Shown here: in pieces, positions 1 through 13,895 of the stretch
Layout of the letters: each line of letters opens with the position of its first letter
Numbering within the stretch: position 1 is the stretch's first letter
Source of the DNA: Methanobacteriota archaeon
GTDB lineage: Archaea; Methanobacteriota; Methanobacteria; Methanobacteriales; Methanobacteriaceae
DNA length: 64,000 bases
Direction: 5' to 3'
Assembly (NCBI GenBank): GCA_963787255.1
Contig: CAWBCJ010000029.1
Span: forward strand, 640,001 to 704,000
Notes under the pieces: model-generated
Told to the model about the DNA's origin: nothing
Database searches by the model: none
What the model saw: only the letters and a program-made list of their open reading frames with translations
Position numbers and translations under genes: made by a program

Positions 1-19
1 CATAAATGGAGGAAAGAAT

Positions 20-487
20 ATGGATTGGTTTTTAATATTGCTAGCGGTTACCGTGGCGGTCCGTGGTCTAGGGGCGGGTATTATTTATGACGTGGCGCTG
101 GTAAGTCTACCTGTACGGCGGCAAATTGGCGTGATTCCTTATGCCCATTATGTCCGAGCTACTTATCATGGTAATGGCGTCAAGACATACACAACAGTCT
201 CGATTCTAGGGGCATTGCTTACAATTGCTATCACAATTGGCGCGTTTGTTGGGGGAGAATCAGCAATAGTAATTTGGTCGATAGTAATTTCCCTTATAGC
301 AACATTTATAGCATTTATTGGCACTTCTAAAGCCCTTCCAGCCATGTTAAGTCTGCAGGAAGCTCCAGATGACGAAGCAAGTCTTTCAAAAATTTTGGAT
401 CGCTTTGCACGCTGGCACACTTTTAGTACATTATGGCAAGTGGTTGCATTCATTGCTCTTGTCGTTGCATTAGCGTACCAATCATGA
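20..487 (+). CDS. Four-TM membrane protein, DUF1772/anthrone-oxygenase-like
   Basis: GGAGG SD upstream; four hydrophobic helices; C-terminal 'RFARWH..R/S'-type motif; GC looks higher than the flanks. Confidence 0.55.
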   Translation: MDWFLILLAVTVAVRGLGAGIIYDVALVSLPVRRQIGVIPYAHYVRATYHGNGVKTYTTVSILGALLTIAITIGAFVGGESAIVIWSIVISLIATFIAFIGTSKALPAMLSLQEAPDDEASLSKILDRFARWHTFSTLWQVVAFIALVVALAYQS

Positions 488-804
488 ATGACAATTAGAT
501 TGGCGGTATCTTCATTACACTGCCCCTTTCTTTTTTCGTTTTATTAATACTTCTTTCAACCACATTTTTCCTCTTGTTTTTCGGCTTTATTTTTGGGATA
601 TTATCTATTTTAACAGGTTTTAGTTAATACTTTACAAAAAAATAGAATATATGAGTTTTACTGTAATATAGAAGACTATTTTTAGCCACAAGGTCGCTTA
701 TTAAAAAAAAATAAAATAAAAGAAAGATAACATTATAATTAAGGATTAGCATGTTTTGTAAAAAATGACATAACTTTAAAAAACATCACGGAGAAAGGCA
801 AAAA

Positions 805-1269
805 ATGCGAGATAAACGATTTATAGCGGAACATCGGGGCGGACCTCTAAAAAAGGAACAGCATTACCAGCTAATTCAATGGGCTTGTGACTGCTCGGAG
901 CATGTACTACATCTTTTCGGTGAAAAAATAGATGAACGACTAAAAAATGCACTAAATGTGGCTAAAAAGTGGAAACAAGGAAATGCTTCAGTTGGTGATG
1001 CAAGAAAAGCTTCATTAGGTGCAATTACGGTAGCAAACGAATCTTCAAACTTGACTGCAATTGCAGTGGCTCGTTCTGTTGGACACGCTGTTGCAACTGC
1101 TCATATGGCTGACCATTCATTAGGAGCAGCGTGGTATGCTTTGAAAGCAGTAAAAAATGCAGGTAAATCAATAGATGCAGAAAGAAAATGGCAAGATGAA
1201 CAATTACCCTCAGAAATTAAGGAGCTAGTCTTAACTGCAAGGAAAGCAAAAAAATTTAAAAAGATATAG
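805..1269 (+). CDS. Imm5-like helical putative immunity protein
   Basis: WACDCSEHVL ... ARSVGHAVATAHMADH ... ERKWQ pattern typical of the Imm-5-like family. Confidence 0.6.
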   Translation: MRDKRFIAEHRGGPLKKEQHYQLIQWACDCSEHVLHLFGEKIDERLKNALNVAKKWKQGNASVGDARKASLGAITVANESSNLTAIAVARSVGHAVATAHMADHSLGAAWYALKAVKNAGKSIDAERKWQDEQLPSEIKELVLTARKAKKFKKI

Positions 1270-1466
1270 ATGAAAAAAAGTAATATGTTTCGATTCACTA
1301 TTATTTCTGAGCTATAAGTCGAGAGCAAGTTTTGGTTATTTACTTCTCTAACTCCTATTTTAGCCATAATTGTCGTTATAGTTTGAGAGAATTAATTAAA
1401 ATAAAGAATTATAGATGAATAATATTCCTATATTCCTTTAGAAAAATATTCATCCATAGAATTGTA

Positions 1467-1694
1467 TTAAATTGTTTTTTCTATTTCATCAAGGTAAGTA
1501 ACTCTTTCTATTTTGGCGCCTACATTTTCTAGAGTTTTTTGTACAGATTTTGATTCCATGTACTTTTTTGTATTTTCCTTATTGTCCCACTTAAATAAAA
1601 TCTCAACTTCATGGGGGTCATCGGAGTTACGGAAGAGACGAGCTTCTTCTTCGCCATTTTCTTTACGTGCAGTTGATCTTTCATTAAAAACGGA
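1467..1694 (-). pseudogene. 5'-truncated ABM/cyclase-like (dimeric alpha-beta barrel) gene fragment
   Basis: Manual translation SVFNERSTARKENGEEEARLFRNSDDPHEVEILFKWDNKENTKKYMES...; in-frame TAA directly upstream and no start codon at the 5' end. Confidence 0.5.
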
Positions 1695-1997
1695 TTAATA
1701 TTCAAATATTATAATGAAATTTAAACAAAATAATTCAAAATTAGAATTTATTAGAATTAGAACGATAATTAAAATTAGAATTCACTTTAATTTCTTCTTT
1801 CGCTCTCTTTTTATATCAGTTTTTAAATAGCCACTAGGTTTTTAATATAGAAATATTATCGTTAGATATCTGAATTTCATTCTGTTAGGATTTAGATTTT
1901 ATTTTTGAAAGAGAAGTAATATATCAAAAGTTAAACATAACATTATTAAATTTAGTAATACAATTAAATTGAAAATTAATTATTTAGAGGTTAAATA

Positions 1998-2759
1998 ATG
2001 AAAAAAACTGATTATTACGACTCCATATTTAAAAGAAAGTCAGTTAGAAATTACGACTTAACTCCACTTGATGGTGATACACTTACAAAGATTTCGGAGC
2101 ATTTAGATAACCTGGAACCCATGTATTATGACATCAAAACTGAAGTAAAGATTATATCCTCAGATGAGGTTGAATCCAGGAAAATGAAAAAATCAAGGCA
2201 TTATATTGCTGTATTTTCAGACACCAGTGGAGATTATTTAACTAATGTGGGTTTTATGCTGCAGCAAACGGATCTATATCTATCTGCAAATGGAATTGGA
2301 TGTTGCTGGCAAGGATCTCCTCAACCAAAAGAAGAAGTGTTTGAAACTTCAGATCTGGAATTTATCATTTTACTGGCGTTTGGTAAACCTAATGAACCTC
2401 TGCACAGGGATATTTCAGAATTTAGGAGAAAATCTCTTCAGGAGATAACTGACATTGAAGGTGCAGATGATTTTCTGGAAGCAGCGCGTCTTGCCCCATC
2501 CGCAGGTAACAGTCAACCGTGGTTTTTTAAAGGTAATAAAAGCTTAATTCATGCTTACACCTCTAAAGCATATCCTGTTAAGAAATATCCTGCAGAAATA
2601 GTAAAAAAATACAACACCATAAGTATGGGCGCTGCTATTTATCATTTGAATGTTACGGCAGAGCATTTTGGGAAAAATATGGATATTTTGTTTGATAAAA
2701 CTGCAAAAGAGAATGTTCCTGAGGGGTATGAGTATACTGCAAGTCTAAAAATTGGCTAG
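1998..2759 (+). CDS. Nitroreductase family protein
   Basis: RKSVRNY and ARLAPSAGNSQPW motifs. Confidence 0.85.
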   Translation: MKKTDYYDSIFKRKSVRNYDLTPLDGDTLTKISEHLDNLEPMYYDIKTEVKIISSDEVESRKMKKSRHYIAVFSDTSGDYLTNVGFMLQQTDLYLSANGIGCCWQGSPQPKEEVFETSDLEFIILLAFGKPNEPLHRDISEFRRKSLQEITDIEGADDFLEAARLAPSAGNSQPWFFKGNKSLIHAYTSKAYPVKKYPAEIVKKYNTISMGAAIYHLNVTAEHFGKNMDILFDKTAKENVPEGYEYTASLKIG

Positions 2760-3068
2760 AAAATATTCTTTAAATTATTCTAGTATAAAAACATTCTAAA
2801 ATTTGATTAGTTTTAGGATATGCAAGTATGATTAAAGTGTTTCTTTTAATCATTAGTATTTCATACTTAAATCACATAACTTTTCATCCTGTTATAGCTA
2901 AGATGTCTTATTAATAATTTTATTGCTCATGCTTTGAATTTTAGCCAATCAATTTTTATCATTCATTTTCTTTATAGTTCCAGTACATACTGACGGTTTA
3001 TTGACTATTATTGAAATTTTCTAAACTATAAATGCCGTGTAAAATGATAAAAGAAATGGTGAATAAAT

Positions 3069-3689
3069 TTGATCAAAAATAAACCAATTGCAATTATCTT
3101 AGCAGTTTTAACATTTATAGTTGGAAGTATTTTACTGACATGGATTATCTTTTATCTTGCTAAAATACCTCTTTCTTCTATCTGGGAAGGTCAGAATCAG
3201 CTCTATGTATTCACTGCAATTCTAGCGAGTGTAATACTTGCATCTATGGTTTATGGTCGCGGTAGCAAGCAAAGAGCATCTGATGTCACAAAATTTTTAA
3301 ATGAATCTTTAGAATTGGAGCTTAAAGAGAAGGATGTTTATGGATGGTTGCGGAAGTTTGAGCGAATTCCTATATTCGTAGTAAATTTGTATATTTCTAT
3401 GAATATAAATGTAGTAAAGGAATTTGAAGGTCAAATGGAAGAAAATTATGGGCATCTAACTGATGAAAGCATTTTAAAAATAAAGAAAGTAATGAATGAA
3501 CTGACTGATGAAGACCTTTTAAAAATAAGGAAAATTCTGGAAATGCCTGTTCCAGAACTTCAAAATTTATTGAATGAACTCTATTTGATAACTAACATCG
3601 AACAGTTTAAGATATTGGCTGAACCCAAAGCAGAGTCATTAATTGAACTAAACGTGGAAGAACTAAAAAGGATTCTATTTAATGATTAA
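3069..3689 (+). CDS. Hypothetical membrane protein (two N-terminal TM helices)
   Basis: TTG start after GGTGA SD; two hydrophobic segments followed by a helical soluble domain. Confidence 0.6.
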   Translation: MIKNKPIAIILAVLTFIVGSILLTWIIFYLAKIPLSSIWEGQNQLYVFTAILASVILASMVYGRGSKQRASDVTKFLNESLELELKEKDVYGWLRKFERIPIFVVNLYISMNINVVKEFEGQMEENYGHLTDESILKIKKVMNELTDEDLLKIRKILEMPVPELQNLLNELYLITNIEQFKILAEPKAESLIELNVEELKRILFND

Positions 3690-3918
3690 ACTTCTACTAA
3701 ATTAAGATATAATATAAAAGGGTATGAATTTTGAAAAACTGAATCTATCTAATTACAATAAGACTTAAAGAAGGTAAAAACATATGAAGATTTTCGTAGG
3801 GTATGGTACCATACTGTCGGGTTTGGAACTTCCAGTAAACTATTGTCGCGCTTAATGTCCATATGCGATGGTTTAAAGAAGTATTTAAAACTAGAAAAAA
3901 AATGTTTTTATAATGTGG

Positions 3919-4004
<86 letters not shown>

Positions 4005-4030
4005 AAAAGAGTATATAAAGCTAAAGGGTA

Positions 4031-4339
4031 TTAGCTTTTGAGTTCTATTTCTATACTTACGTTATCAGGAACGTTTACTTTCATGACCTGTCTCATTGCC
4101 CTTTCATCAGCTTCGATTCCGACAAGTCTTTTATGTATTCTAAGTTCCCATTTTTCCCATGTAGCTTTCCCTTCTCCATCTGGAGATTTTCTGGTTGGTA
4201 CTACTAATTTTTTGGTTGGGAGTGGGATTGGACCTGACATATCTACACCTGTTCTTTCTGCGATTCTTCTTAATTGTTCGCATACGTAGGCGAGTTTGTC
4301 TGGGTCTGTCCCTGTAAGTTTAATTCTTGCTTTATGCAT
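4031..4339 (-). CDS. rps10: 30S ribosomal protein S10 (uS10)
   Basis: GPIPLPTK and RIHKRL motifs; position after EF-1a. Confidence 0.97.
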   Translation of the reverse strand: MHKARIKLTGTDPDKLAYVCEQLRRIAERTGVDMSGPIPLPTKKLVVPTRKSPDGEGKATWEKWELRIHKRLVGIEADERAMRQVMKVNVPDNVSIEIELKS

Positions 4340-4392
4340 TTAAATCCTCCATAAAAATAAAAAGAAGGTTTAGGAAATAGTTCCTATAACTT

Positions 4393-5634
<1,242 letters not shown>

Positions 5635-5802
5635 TTAATTAACCTCCATTCTAAATCTATATATCGATTAGTTTGAGAATATCATTATTTTGGAATGATC
5701 TCATTTAAAATTTATGGTTTTGATTCCAAAAATTTTCCTTTTGGGCGAGGACAAAATTTTTTTTTGTCTGATCCAAAAAAAAGGGTGATATGGATTTTTT
5801 TA

Positions 5803-7995
5803 TTAGCCTATGTAATGGTCAGGACCATATGGTTCTGGGCTTAATCCTTTCCTATCTCTTATTTGTCTTACAATTTGCTTTTGAAGCTCAACAGGTAATC
5901 TTTCGAAACCTGCACTTTCTGTTGACCATAAACATCTACCTTCAGTTGCAGATCTTATGTCTCCAGCAAATCCGAACATTTCTGCGACAGGGACTTTTGA
6001 TTCTAGTGTCATCATGTCACCTTCTTGTTCCATATCCAGGATTTGGCCTCTTCTGTTTTGGACTTCTCTTGTTGCTGAACCCATGTAGTCTTGTGGAGTA
6101 TTGATGAATACTTTTTGTTTAGGTTCGAGTAGTGTTGGGTTTGCTAGCATGATGGATCCGTATACTGCTTTTCTTATTGCTGGTAGAACCTGTGCCGGTC
6201 CTCTGTGCACTGCATCTTCGTGAATCTTTGCATCCATGAGCCTTATTTTTATACCCATAACCCTTTCCCTTGCGATTGGGCCGTCATCCATTGCACTTTC
6301 GAAACCTTCAAGGAGAAGTTCTTTAATTTCGTCCAGGTACTGTATACCACGGGTCATGTTTATGAATAAACTGCGCTCGTACACATCCCATACCCTTCTA
6401 GCTTCATCTTTTTCCAGACCGTATTCCATGAATGTTGATGCCATTTCTTTTCCTTTTACTCTGCCTTCTTTGATCTTCTTATCCTGCAGGGCCTGGAACA
6501 TTTCGTCTTCTAATGGTTCAATTTCAATGTAGAATCTGTTGTGCTTGTTAGGTGATTTACCTTCAACTGGTCCGGCTTTACCGGCAATTGTTTCTCTGTA
6601 AACAACAATTGGTGGTGAAGTTTCTATTTCCACACCTTTTTCATCGATTCTGTAAGTGATGATTTCAAGGTGGAGTTCACCCATACCTGCTATGAGGTGC
6701 TCACCTGTTTCTTCATTAATTTCAATCCGTACTGTTGGGTCTTCCTTTCCAACCTGTCTTAAAACTTCTATAAGTTTTGGAAGATCTTTGGTATTTTTAG
6801 CTTCAACAGCAACTGTAACTACTGGCTCGGATATGTGTTCTAATCCTTCAAACGCTTTAATTTTTCTTTCTGGCTCGGAGACTGTTTCTCCTGCAACCGC
6901 GTTTCTTGCACCGGTAATTGCTACAATATTTCCTGCTGGAACCTTGTCGGTATTGATCCTTTCTGGACCCATGTACACTCCAACTTGCTGAGTTCTTGCT
7001 TTACCCATGGAACCTACGAAGTAGATTTCAGTACCTTTTTCTATTGTTCCACCGTAAACACGACCGGTTGCAATTTCACCAGCATGCTTGTCTATACTGA
7101 TGTTGGTAACCATTACAGCTAAGGGTGAGTCTGGATCGGTATTTATCATACCCTGTCCTTCTTCACTTTCAATATCTCCGTTCCATATGCTTGGAACTCT
7201 GTATCTTTGTGATATGTCAGGGCTTGGTAAGTGCTCTATAACCATATCAAGTAAAACATCGGTAATTGGTGCCTTTTCAGCTAATTCTTTCTGGTTTTCA
7301 CCTTTACAGTATTCATAAATATCTTTAAAAGTTATACCTGTTAGCTTCATAATCGGGACATTTATAGCCCAGTTATGGTATGCAGAACCAAAAGCAACAC
7401 TTCCATCTTCTACCTTGGCAAGCCAGTCCGCTCGAAGTTCTTCTGGAGCCATTGATTTTATAATCTTATTTGCAGAAGCAATGATTTTTATAAATCTCTG
7501 TTGAAGTTCTTCACTGTCTAATTTTAACTCATTTATGAGACGATCAACCTTGTTAATAAATAACACTGGTTTAACGTTTTCTTTAAGAGCCTGTCTTAGT
7601 ACAGTTTCTGTTTGGGGCATAATTCCTTCAACAGCACATATTACAACTACTGCACCGTCAACTGCCCTCATTGCACGTGTCACGTCTCCACCAAAGTCAA
7701 CGTGACCTGGTGTATCGATAAGGTTAATTAGGTATTCTCCATTTTTGTATTTGTGCACCATGGACACGTTTGCCGCGTCGATGGTAATTCCTCTTGCCTG
7801 TTCTTGCTCGTCAAAATCAAGGAATCTTTGATCTCCTGCAAGTTCAGCGGATATCATTCCTGCACCAGCAAGTAAGTTATCAGAAAGTGTAGTTTTCCCG
7901 TGATCGATGTGGGCTACAATCCCAATATTTCTTATGTTTTTGGGCTGATACATCAACTCTTTAATCTTATTAATCATTTTAGTACGTCTACTCAC
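5803..7995 (-). CDS. fusA: Translation elongation factor EF-2
   Basis: [18 protein letters not shown], diphthamide loop HEDAVHRG; GTG start after GGTGA SD. Confidence 0.98.
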   Translation of the reverse strand: MSRRTKMINKIKELMYQPKNIRNIGIVAHIDHGKTTLSDNLLAGAGMISAELAGDQRFLDFDEQEQARGITIDAANVSMVHKYKNGEYLINLIDTPGHVDFGGDVTRAMRAVDGAVVVICAVEGIMPQTETVLRQALKENVKPVLFINKVDRLINELKLDSEELQQRFIKIIASANKIIKSMAPEELRADWLAKVEDGSVAFGSAYHNWAINVPIMKLTGITFKDIYEYCKGENQKELAEKAPITDVLLDMVIEHLPSPDISQRYRVPSIWNGDIESEEGQGMINTDPDSPLAVMVTNISIDKHAGEIATGRVYGGTIEKGTEIYFVGSMGKARTQQVGVYMGPERINTDKVPAGNIVAITGARNAVAGETVSEPERKIKAFEGLEHISEPVVTVAVEAKNTKDLPKLIEVLRQVGKEDPTVRIEINEETGEHLIAGMGELHLEIITYRIDEKGVEIETSPPIVVYRETIAGKAGPVEGKSPNKHNRFYIEIEPLEDEMFQALQDKKIKEGRVKGKEMASTFMEYGLEKDEARRVWDVYERSLFINMTRGIQYLDEIKELLLEGFESAMDDGPIARERVMGIKIRLMDAKIHEDAVHRGPAQVLPAIRKAVYGSIMLANPTLLEPKQKVFINTPQDYMGSATREVQNRRGQILDMEQEGDMMTLESKVPVAEMFGFAGDIRSATEGRCLWSTESAGFERLPVELQKQIVRQIRDRKGLSPEPYGPDHYIG

Positions 7996-8129
7996 TATAA
8001 TCACCTGGTAATTATAAAATAGTTAAAAAGCAGATATTTAAGGCATTATATTCATTGATTTTATAGTATAATTAATAGGTTGATATGCCTTGTCTTTACT
8101 GTATATACATTAACTTATATATTTTAGCC

Positions 8130-8155
8130 CCAGTTTAGATTGCAATCTAAACTGG
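8130..8155. repeat. Perfect 26-bp palindrome in the rps7-fusA intergenic region
   Basis: CCAGTTTAGATTG|CAATCTAAACTGG. Confidence 0.85.
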
Positions 8156-8222
8156 ATTAAATATTATTTGCACTGGTTTTTTTATACCTTAAGTATCAGC
8201 TTAATTTTTAAGATTTAATTTA

Positions 8223-8783
8223 TTAGTGCGCAGATCTTGCAATTCTTTCTTTTTCGTCTTTCTTTCCAATTGCAAAACTTCTTGTATCATATTCAGCTGC
8301 AAGTAATAATTCATCAGCTAAACATTCTGCTGCAGATCTTTTCCTTTTAAATGAGGACTGTAGAGCGCCTCTTGTTATAAATCCAAGTGCTAAATCCACT
8401 CTTCTTTGAGGAGCAATATCTACGGCTACCTGGTATCCTATACCACCGTATTTTACCCTTGTGATTTCTTCCCTTGGGGCAGCGTTTTCAACTGCTTTAA
8501 CCAATATCTTCACAGGGTTTTCCTTTGATTTTTTACTTACCACTTCAAGAGATTCTTTCACGATGCTGTAAGCTTTATTTTTCTTTCCTGAGTTTATATG
8601 TGTCCTCATGACTTTATTCATTAGTCTTTCCACGATTGAAACTCTTGATTTTGCGAACTGTCTCTTGACGTGTCTTCCTAAGGTGTGTGGAACTAGTATT
8701 TCGTCTAAGCAAATATAATTTACGAGACCAAAGTCCTCTACTTTCACCTCTTCTAAATCCCATTTATCAAAAACCTTACTCAT
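8223..8783 (-). CDS. rps7: 30S ribosomal protein S7
   Basis: Archaeal uS7 motifs (IVERL, PREE, ERIARS); operon position. Confidence 0.97.
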   Translation of the reverse strand: MSKVFDKWDLEEVKVEDFGLVNYICLDEILVPHTLGRHVKRQFAKSRVSIVERLMNKVMRTHINSGKKNKAYSIVKESLEVVSKKSKENPVKILVKAVENAAPREEITRVKYGGIGYQVAVDIAPQRRVDLALGFITRGALQSSFKRKRSAAECLADELLLAAEYDTRSFAIGKKDEKERIARSAH

Positions 8784-8829
8784 TAAATTACCTCACTGGT
8801 TTTCTTTTATTAGTGTAAATTCAGTTAGT

Positions 8830-9255
8830 TTATCTAACTGGTTTTTCAATTTTACCTTTAACCATTTGTTCTAAGGATACGTTGTTTACTTTGGTAACCT
8901 TCCATCTTACTCCAGGAATATCTCCCATGGATCTTCCGGATGGTCCTCCGATTCCTTCAATCATAACTTCATCGTGCTCATCAATAAATCCGATAGCGCC
9001 GTCTCCAGGAGCAAATGCAGTTAGCTGCTTCCCGTTTTTTATGAGTTGAACCCTTACACATTTCCTTATAGCTGAGTTAGGCTGTTTTGCTTCAATACCC
9101 ACTTTTTCAATAACGATTCCTCTTGCTTGAGGTGCGCCTTCTAATGGGTCAGCTTTAACATCTAACCGTAGTGCTTTCCTTTTGTATTCTACATCCTTCC
9201 ATCTGAAGTTCTGTCTATTTTTTTTAAGTTTCTTTGCTGCAAAAAGTCCCGGCAA
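8830..9255 (-). CDS. rps12: 30S ribosomal protein S12
   Basis: [11 protein letters not shown] and GDIPGVR; TTG start after GGAGG SD. Confidence 0.97.
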   Translation of the reverse strand: MPGLFAAKKLKKNRQNFRWKDVEYKRKALRLDVKADPLEGAPQARGIVIEKVGIEAKQPNSAIRKCVRVQLIKNGKQLTAFAPGDGAIGFIDEHDEVMIEGIGGPSGRSMGDIPGVRWKVTKVNNVSLEQMVKGKIEKPVR

Positions 9256-9329
9256 ACGTGATTCCTCCTTAATTAGCATTATTATTAGCAAAATAGCATG
9301 TTAGTATCATTAACTAAATGGTATCTAAA

Positions 9330-9761
9330 TTATTTTATCACAATGTTATTTATATTGTGCTGTCTTTTTGCTAAAAGTCTTGCTCTTTCTATATTTTTAC
9401 CGCCTTTTCCGATGGCAGTCCTTTTATTCCTTGGATCTGTCTCTATTGTGGCGATTTTTTCTCCATTTTCCTTTTGAAGTATTCTGATACTTCTAACTTT
9501 GGCTGGAGCCATTAAATTAGTGATAAATTCCACAGGATCTTCGGAGTGTTCTATGACTTCAACACCTTTATCAACGGTTTTTTGAACTTTAGTAACGGTA
9601 CTTCCTCTTTTTCCAATTGCAAGTCCCATATCTCCTCTTTTAACGAGAAAAGTTATTTTACCGCCTTCTTCATCAACAATACAGTCCTTGACCATTGCAC
9701 CGGTCATACTCTCAAAGAGAGCTATGTATCTTATATCGTTTGTTGTAAATTTTATAGTCAC
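9330..9761 (-). CDS. nusA: Archaeal NusA-like transcription factor
   Basis: Two KH GxxG motifs (AIGKRG, AIGKGG); operon position. Confidence 0.95.
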   Translation of the reverse strand: MTIKFTTNDIRYIALFESMTGAMVKDCIVDEEGGKITFLVKRGDMGLAIGKRGSTVTKVQKTVDKGVEVIEHSEDPVEFITNLMAPAKVRSIRILQKENGEKIATIETDPRNKRTAIGKGGKNIERARLLAKRQHNINNIVIK

Positions 9762-9765
9762 AGAA

Positions 9766-10062
9766 TTACCCCATAACTTCTAATATTGTAGAATCTCCTT
9801 GATCCCTAATAATAAGTGTAGCAACAGTAAATGGTTTACCGCATACTGAACCAAGATCTACACTTGAACCTTCGTATGTGTAAACAGGAATTTCTGATAA
9901 TTTTGAATAGTACATTACATCTTCCCTAACTTCTTCAGGGCAATTCTTTGCAATGATCACCAGTTTTCCTTTGCCTAACTTTAAAGCCTGAACAGATTTA
10001 TCAGACCCTAATGTAACGGTTCCTGTATCCACAGCAACCCTAACTCCTCTATCTACGTCCAT
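9766..10062 (-). CDS. rpl30e: 50S ribosomal protein L30e
   Basis: LGSVCGKPF; L7Ae-type fold; operon position. Confidence 0.95.
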   Translation of the reverse strand: MDVDRGVRVAVDTGTVTLGSDKSVQALKLGKGKLVIIAKNCPEEVREDVMYYSKLSEIPVYTYEGSSVDLGSVCGKPFTVATLIIRDQGDSTILEVMG

Positions 10063-10123
10063 GTATTGCCTCCTATCTCTCGTTTGTCATGAGTCATTTG
10101 AATAAGCTTTCACTTATGCATTT

Positions 10124-11269
10124 CTACTCTTTTTGTTTCATAATGACGCCAACAGAACCTGTTCCGAGAGGTATCGGTTGACCTATTATAATATTTTCAA
10201 TTATTCCGGTAAGATGATCAATTTCTCCTCTTATACTGGCCCTTAAGAGGTGTTTTCCAGTCTCTTCAAAAGAAGCTCTTGCCAGTACACTTGCTTTCTC
10301 ACCGCTTATACCATGTCTTCCTATGGATTTTACAGAACCATCTGCAGTCATCATATCTGCAACCAGCATGATATGCCTTACATCCACCGTAAGACCTTGT
10401 TCTTCCATTGTATTTTGAGCTTCCAGTATTACTGAGTTTCTGGCAGCTTCAATTCCTAGAACTTTTTCGACTTCATGAATGTCATTTGTACTGGTTCTGA
10501 CTTTATCAATACCTTCCATTTTTAAAACGGATCCAAGATTTGAACCTTCTGTGTGTATAACCCACTCAACACCTTCTTTACTAATAACTACCTTACCAAT
10601 GTTTTTTACACCACTGATTTGAAGGTCTCGGACTTTGTCAGCAAGAAGTCTTAATTCTCTTATACTTGGTGCTGGAGGTTCAAAACTTAGTATATTGTTA
10701 TCTATTTGAACTCTTTTAAAAGCTTTTTCTATCCTCTTCATGATGTCATCAAGATCAAGTCTTTTGTCCTCGATCTTTTCTAAATCGAGTTCAACCACAA
10801 TATTCATATCAGCATAATTGAGGTTAAAGCTGCTTAAAATATCATTCATATTACTTTTACCAATCTGGTTGGCTATCCTTCTTACAAACTCTTCATCAGT
10901 TCCATATTCTTCTTCAAAATAGATAGCCATAGTTGGTGTTGATATTTTCTTTCTGGCATCCACAATTTCAATCAGTCTTGGAAGACCGAGAGTAACGTTT
11001 AATTCTGCTACCCCTGCATAGTGAAATGTTCTCATGGTCATCTGAGTACCAGGTTCACCAACAGATTGAGCTGCAACTGTACCTACAGCTTCCCCGTCTT
11101 CAACGGTCGCTCTGTCGTAGGCTTTTTTAATTATGTCAATTAACTCGTCCAGTTCGGCTTTATTCAGCTTATGCCTTTCACTGGCATCAGCAATTTCTTC
11201 GATCAAGCTTTCAGGAAAGTCAGCCTTCTTCTTCTTCAAAATTCTAGTGATACTTTTTACATCCGGCAC
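10124..11269 (-). CDS. rpoA2: DNA-directed RNA polymerase subunit A''
   Basis: [17 protein letters not shown]; ARASFE. Confidence 0.97.
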   Translation of the reverse strand: MPDVKSITRILKKKKADFPESLIEEIADASERHKLNKAELDELIDIIKKAYDRATVEDGEAVGTVAAQSVGEPGTQMTMRTFHYAGVAELNVTLGLPRLIEIVDARKKISTPTMAIYFEEEYGTDEEFVRRIANQIGKSNMNDILSSFNLNYADMNIVVELDLEKIEDKRLDLDDIMKRIEKAFKRVQIDNNILSFEPPAPSIRELRLLADKVRDLQISGVKNIGKVVISKEGVEWVIHTEGSNLGSVLKMEGIDKVRTSTNDIHEVEKVLGIEAARNSVILEAQNTMEEQGLTVDVRHIMLVADMMTADGSVKSIGRHGISGEKASVLARASFEETGKHLLRASIRGEIDHLTGIIENIIIGQPIPLGTGSVGVIMKQKE

Positions 11270-11282
11270 AATAACCACCCAC

Positions 11283-13895
11283 CTATTTACCTGATTTAAT
11301 CCTTATCTCTTCAATTACCCTGTCAATATCCACTACTCTACCGTAATCACTCTTTGCAGGATCCACTTTATCTTCACCATACATGGTCTGGATTATAACG
11401 CCTCTGTTATCCCTCACGGTTCCGTCAGGTTTAACACTTAAATCCTGGAGAGCGTTTACAAGTCTACGCTGCATGTAACCACTTTGCGCGGTACGTATCG
11501 CTGTATCTACAAGACCTTCTCTACCACCCATAGCGTGGAAGAAAAATTCCAGCGGATCAAGCCCGGTCTTGTAACTTGAATGAACAAATCCACGTGCCTT
11601 CGCACCTAATTCACGTTTCTTAAAGTGTGGAAGTGTCCTTTCACTGTAACCTCTTTCAATACGGCCACCACGAACAGATTGTTGACCTACACATGCTGCT
11701 ATCTGAGTAAGGTTAAGCATTGAACCTCTTGCTCCTGTAAGTGCCATAATTACAGCATGGTTTTCGTTAATATCAAAGTAACTTTCTGCTAATACACCCG
11801 ATTTGTCCCTCGCTTCTCCAAGCTCCTGCATTATCTTCATCTCAAGGGTTTCCTCAAGACTTCTTCCAGGGAGAGCTTCAAGTTCCTCGTTTTCGTATGC
11901 TTCAATGAGCAGTTCAACCCTTCCTTCAGCCCGGGATAAAAGTTCTTCAATTCTCTCTTTTGCTTCTTGAGGAATCTCTTCATCGTCGGTACTGGTTGTA
12001 AATCCTTTCTTCATTATTCCAGAAATTGCAAGTTTGGTCGCTGAATCAAGGAATTCCCTGGCCCTGTCAGTACCATATTCTTTAACTATAGAGTCGAGAA
12101 TCTTACCTGAAAATGATCCGAATGCTTTATCGTCCATTACACCGCTCTTTAAATTACCGTCTTCAATTACAACATATGCATCGTTTTTACATTCTTGTTT
12201 AAGGCATTCATCACATTTTCTGCAGATTTCTGCCTGGTAAACCATGTTCATATCTTCAGGGAGTAAAAATGAGAATATTTCTTTTCCAGTCCATGAAGTA
12301 CCTCTTGGGTCAGGTAGAGGTATATTTGCTCTTTTTAGAATCTGGAAAACTTCATCATCTTCAAATACACTGCTTTGTCTAGTTAAAAGATAAGCACCTG
12401 ATATGTGGTCGTGTATTCCACCAATAATCGGGCCCCCGAATCTTGGTGAAAGAATGTGTTCTTGAACCCTCATTAATGATTTTGCTTCTGCACGTGATTC
12501 TTCTGTCTGGAAAACGTGCATGTTCATTTCGTCACCGTCAAAATCAGCGTTGTAAGGAGGACATACACAAAGGTTAAGTCTGAAAGTCTTGTGTGGTAAA
12601 ACTCTAACTTCATGAGCCATCATCGACATTCTGTGCAGTGAAGGCTGTCTGTTGAATAATACAATATCCCCATCTATTAAATGTCTTTCAACTCTGAAAC
12701 CAACCTCTAATTTTTCAATTATGGCTTCTTTAGTTTCTTCGTATACTCTTACCTTTCTTCCGTCAGGTCTTTCTACATAGTTTGCTCCAGGGTGTACGCT
12801 GGGACCGTTTCTGATGTAATCTTTCATCTTTTCAATATTCCATGGAGTCACGTATATTGGCACGGTGACTTCTGTGGCAATCATTTTAGGAACACCGACT
12901 TCGTTAATACTTATGTTTGGATCAGGGGATATAACCGTCCTTGCGGAGAAGTTAACCCTTTTACCTGATAAGTTACTTCTGAAACGTCCTTCTTTACCTT
13001 TAAGCCTCTGAGCAAGTGTTTTTAGAGGTCTTCCTGACCTGTGTCTTGCTGGAGGTACACCTGATGCTTCGTTATCAAAATAAGTTGTAACGTGATATTG
13101 TAAAAGTTCCCAGAGGTCCTCTACAATGAGTTGAGGAGCCCCAGCTTCCATATTCTCCTTTAATCTCTGGTTAATTCTTAAAATATCCACTAATTTGTGA
13201 GTTAAATCATCCTCAGATCTTTCACCGGTTTCCAGTGTAATTGATGGTCTTACAGTAACTGGAGGAACTGGTAAAACAGTTAGAACCATCCATTCCGGTT
13301 TTGCAACCTTTGGGTTTATTCCCAGGAGCAGATGATCTTCTTCTGGTATTTTTTCGAGCCTTTCCCTTACTTCACTTGGAGTTAACTTGTAACTTCCTTC
13401 AACAATGGATACGGGCTTGTCAATTTTGACATCTTCCTGTTCTTCTTCGCAGTGGGGACATTTATCCCTTCTTGCAACAGTGTATATCTCTTTAATGATA
13501 GCGGTCAAGCTTTCTTCATTCTTGATCATTGCATTCATTTTGTCTTTATAATCAACAATCTCTGTATCAGTTAATAAAACTCTTGCACATTCTTTACATG
13601 ATGATCTGAGTATTTTATGAATTGTATCAGCAAAACCAACGTGAATTACAGGCCTTGCTATATTTATGTGACCAAAGTGCCCCTGACAGTCTCCACCTTT
13701 TGAACCACAGGACCTACATTTGAGTCCTGGGTCGATAACTCCGAGTCTTGGATCCATTAGCCCTGCTTCAATTGGATATCCATCCTCGTCGTAGGTATCT
13801 GGAGTTACTATCTTGGTAACTGACATTTTCCTTATGTCTTCTGGAGACATCAGACCAAAATTAATCTGAGCGATTTTCTTTAAAATTCCTTTCAA
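11283..13895 (-). CDS. rpoA1: DNA-directed RNA polymerase subunit A'
   Basis: Catalytic NADFDGD; Zn-binding cysteines; probable TTG start. Confidence 0.98.
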   Translation of the reverse strand: MKGILKKIAQINFGLMSPEDIRKMSVTKIVTPDTYDEDGYPIEAGLMDPRLGVIDPGLKCRSCGSKGGDCQGHFGHINIARPVIHVGFADTIHKILRSSCKECARVLLTDTEIVDYKDKMNAMIKNEESLTAIIKEIYTVARRDKCPHCEEEQEDVKIDKPVSIVEGSYKLTPSEVRERLEKIPEEDHLLLGINPKVAKPEWMVLTVLPVPPVTVRPSITLETGERSEDDLTHKLVDILRINQRLKENMEAGAPQLIVEDLWELLQYHVTTYFDNEASGVPPARHRSGRPLKTLAQRLKGKEGRFRSNLSGKRVNFSARTVISPDPNISINEVGVPKMIATEVTVPIYVTPWNIEKMKDYIRNGPSVHPGANYVERPDGRKVRVYEETKEAIIEKLEVGFRVERHLIDGDIVLFNRQPSLHRMSMMAHEVRVLPHKTFRLNLCVCPPYNADFDGDEMNMHVFQTEESRAEAKSLMRVQEHILSPRFGGPIIGGIHDHISGAYLLTRQSSVFEDDEVFQILKRANIPLPDPRGTSWTGKEIFSFLLPEDMNMVYQAEICRKCDECLKQECKNDAYVVIEDGNLKSGVMDDKAFGSFSGKILDSIVKEYGTDRAREFLDSATKLAISGIMKKGFTTSTDDEEIPQEAKERIEELLSRAEGRVELLIEAYENEELEALPGRSLEETLEMKIMQELGEARDKSGVLAESYFDINENHAVIMALTGARGSMLNLTQIAACVGQQSVRGGRIERGYSERTLPHFKKRELGAKARGFVHSSYKTGLDPLEFFFHAMGGREGLVDTAIRTAQSGYMQRRLVNALQDLSVKPDGTVRDNRGVIIQTMYGEDKVDPAKSDYGRVVDIDRVIEEIRIKSGK

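Noticed and set aside
805-1269. Toxin-immunity pair
   Set aside because: No toxin-like ORF is adjacent; the Imm5-like gene appears to be an orphan
1735-1790. ATTAGAA repeated about four times
   Set aside because: Short, irregularly spaced, low complexity; not a CRISPR or iteron array
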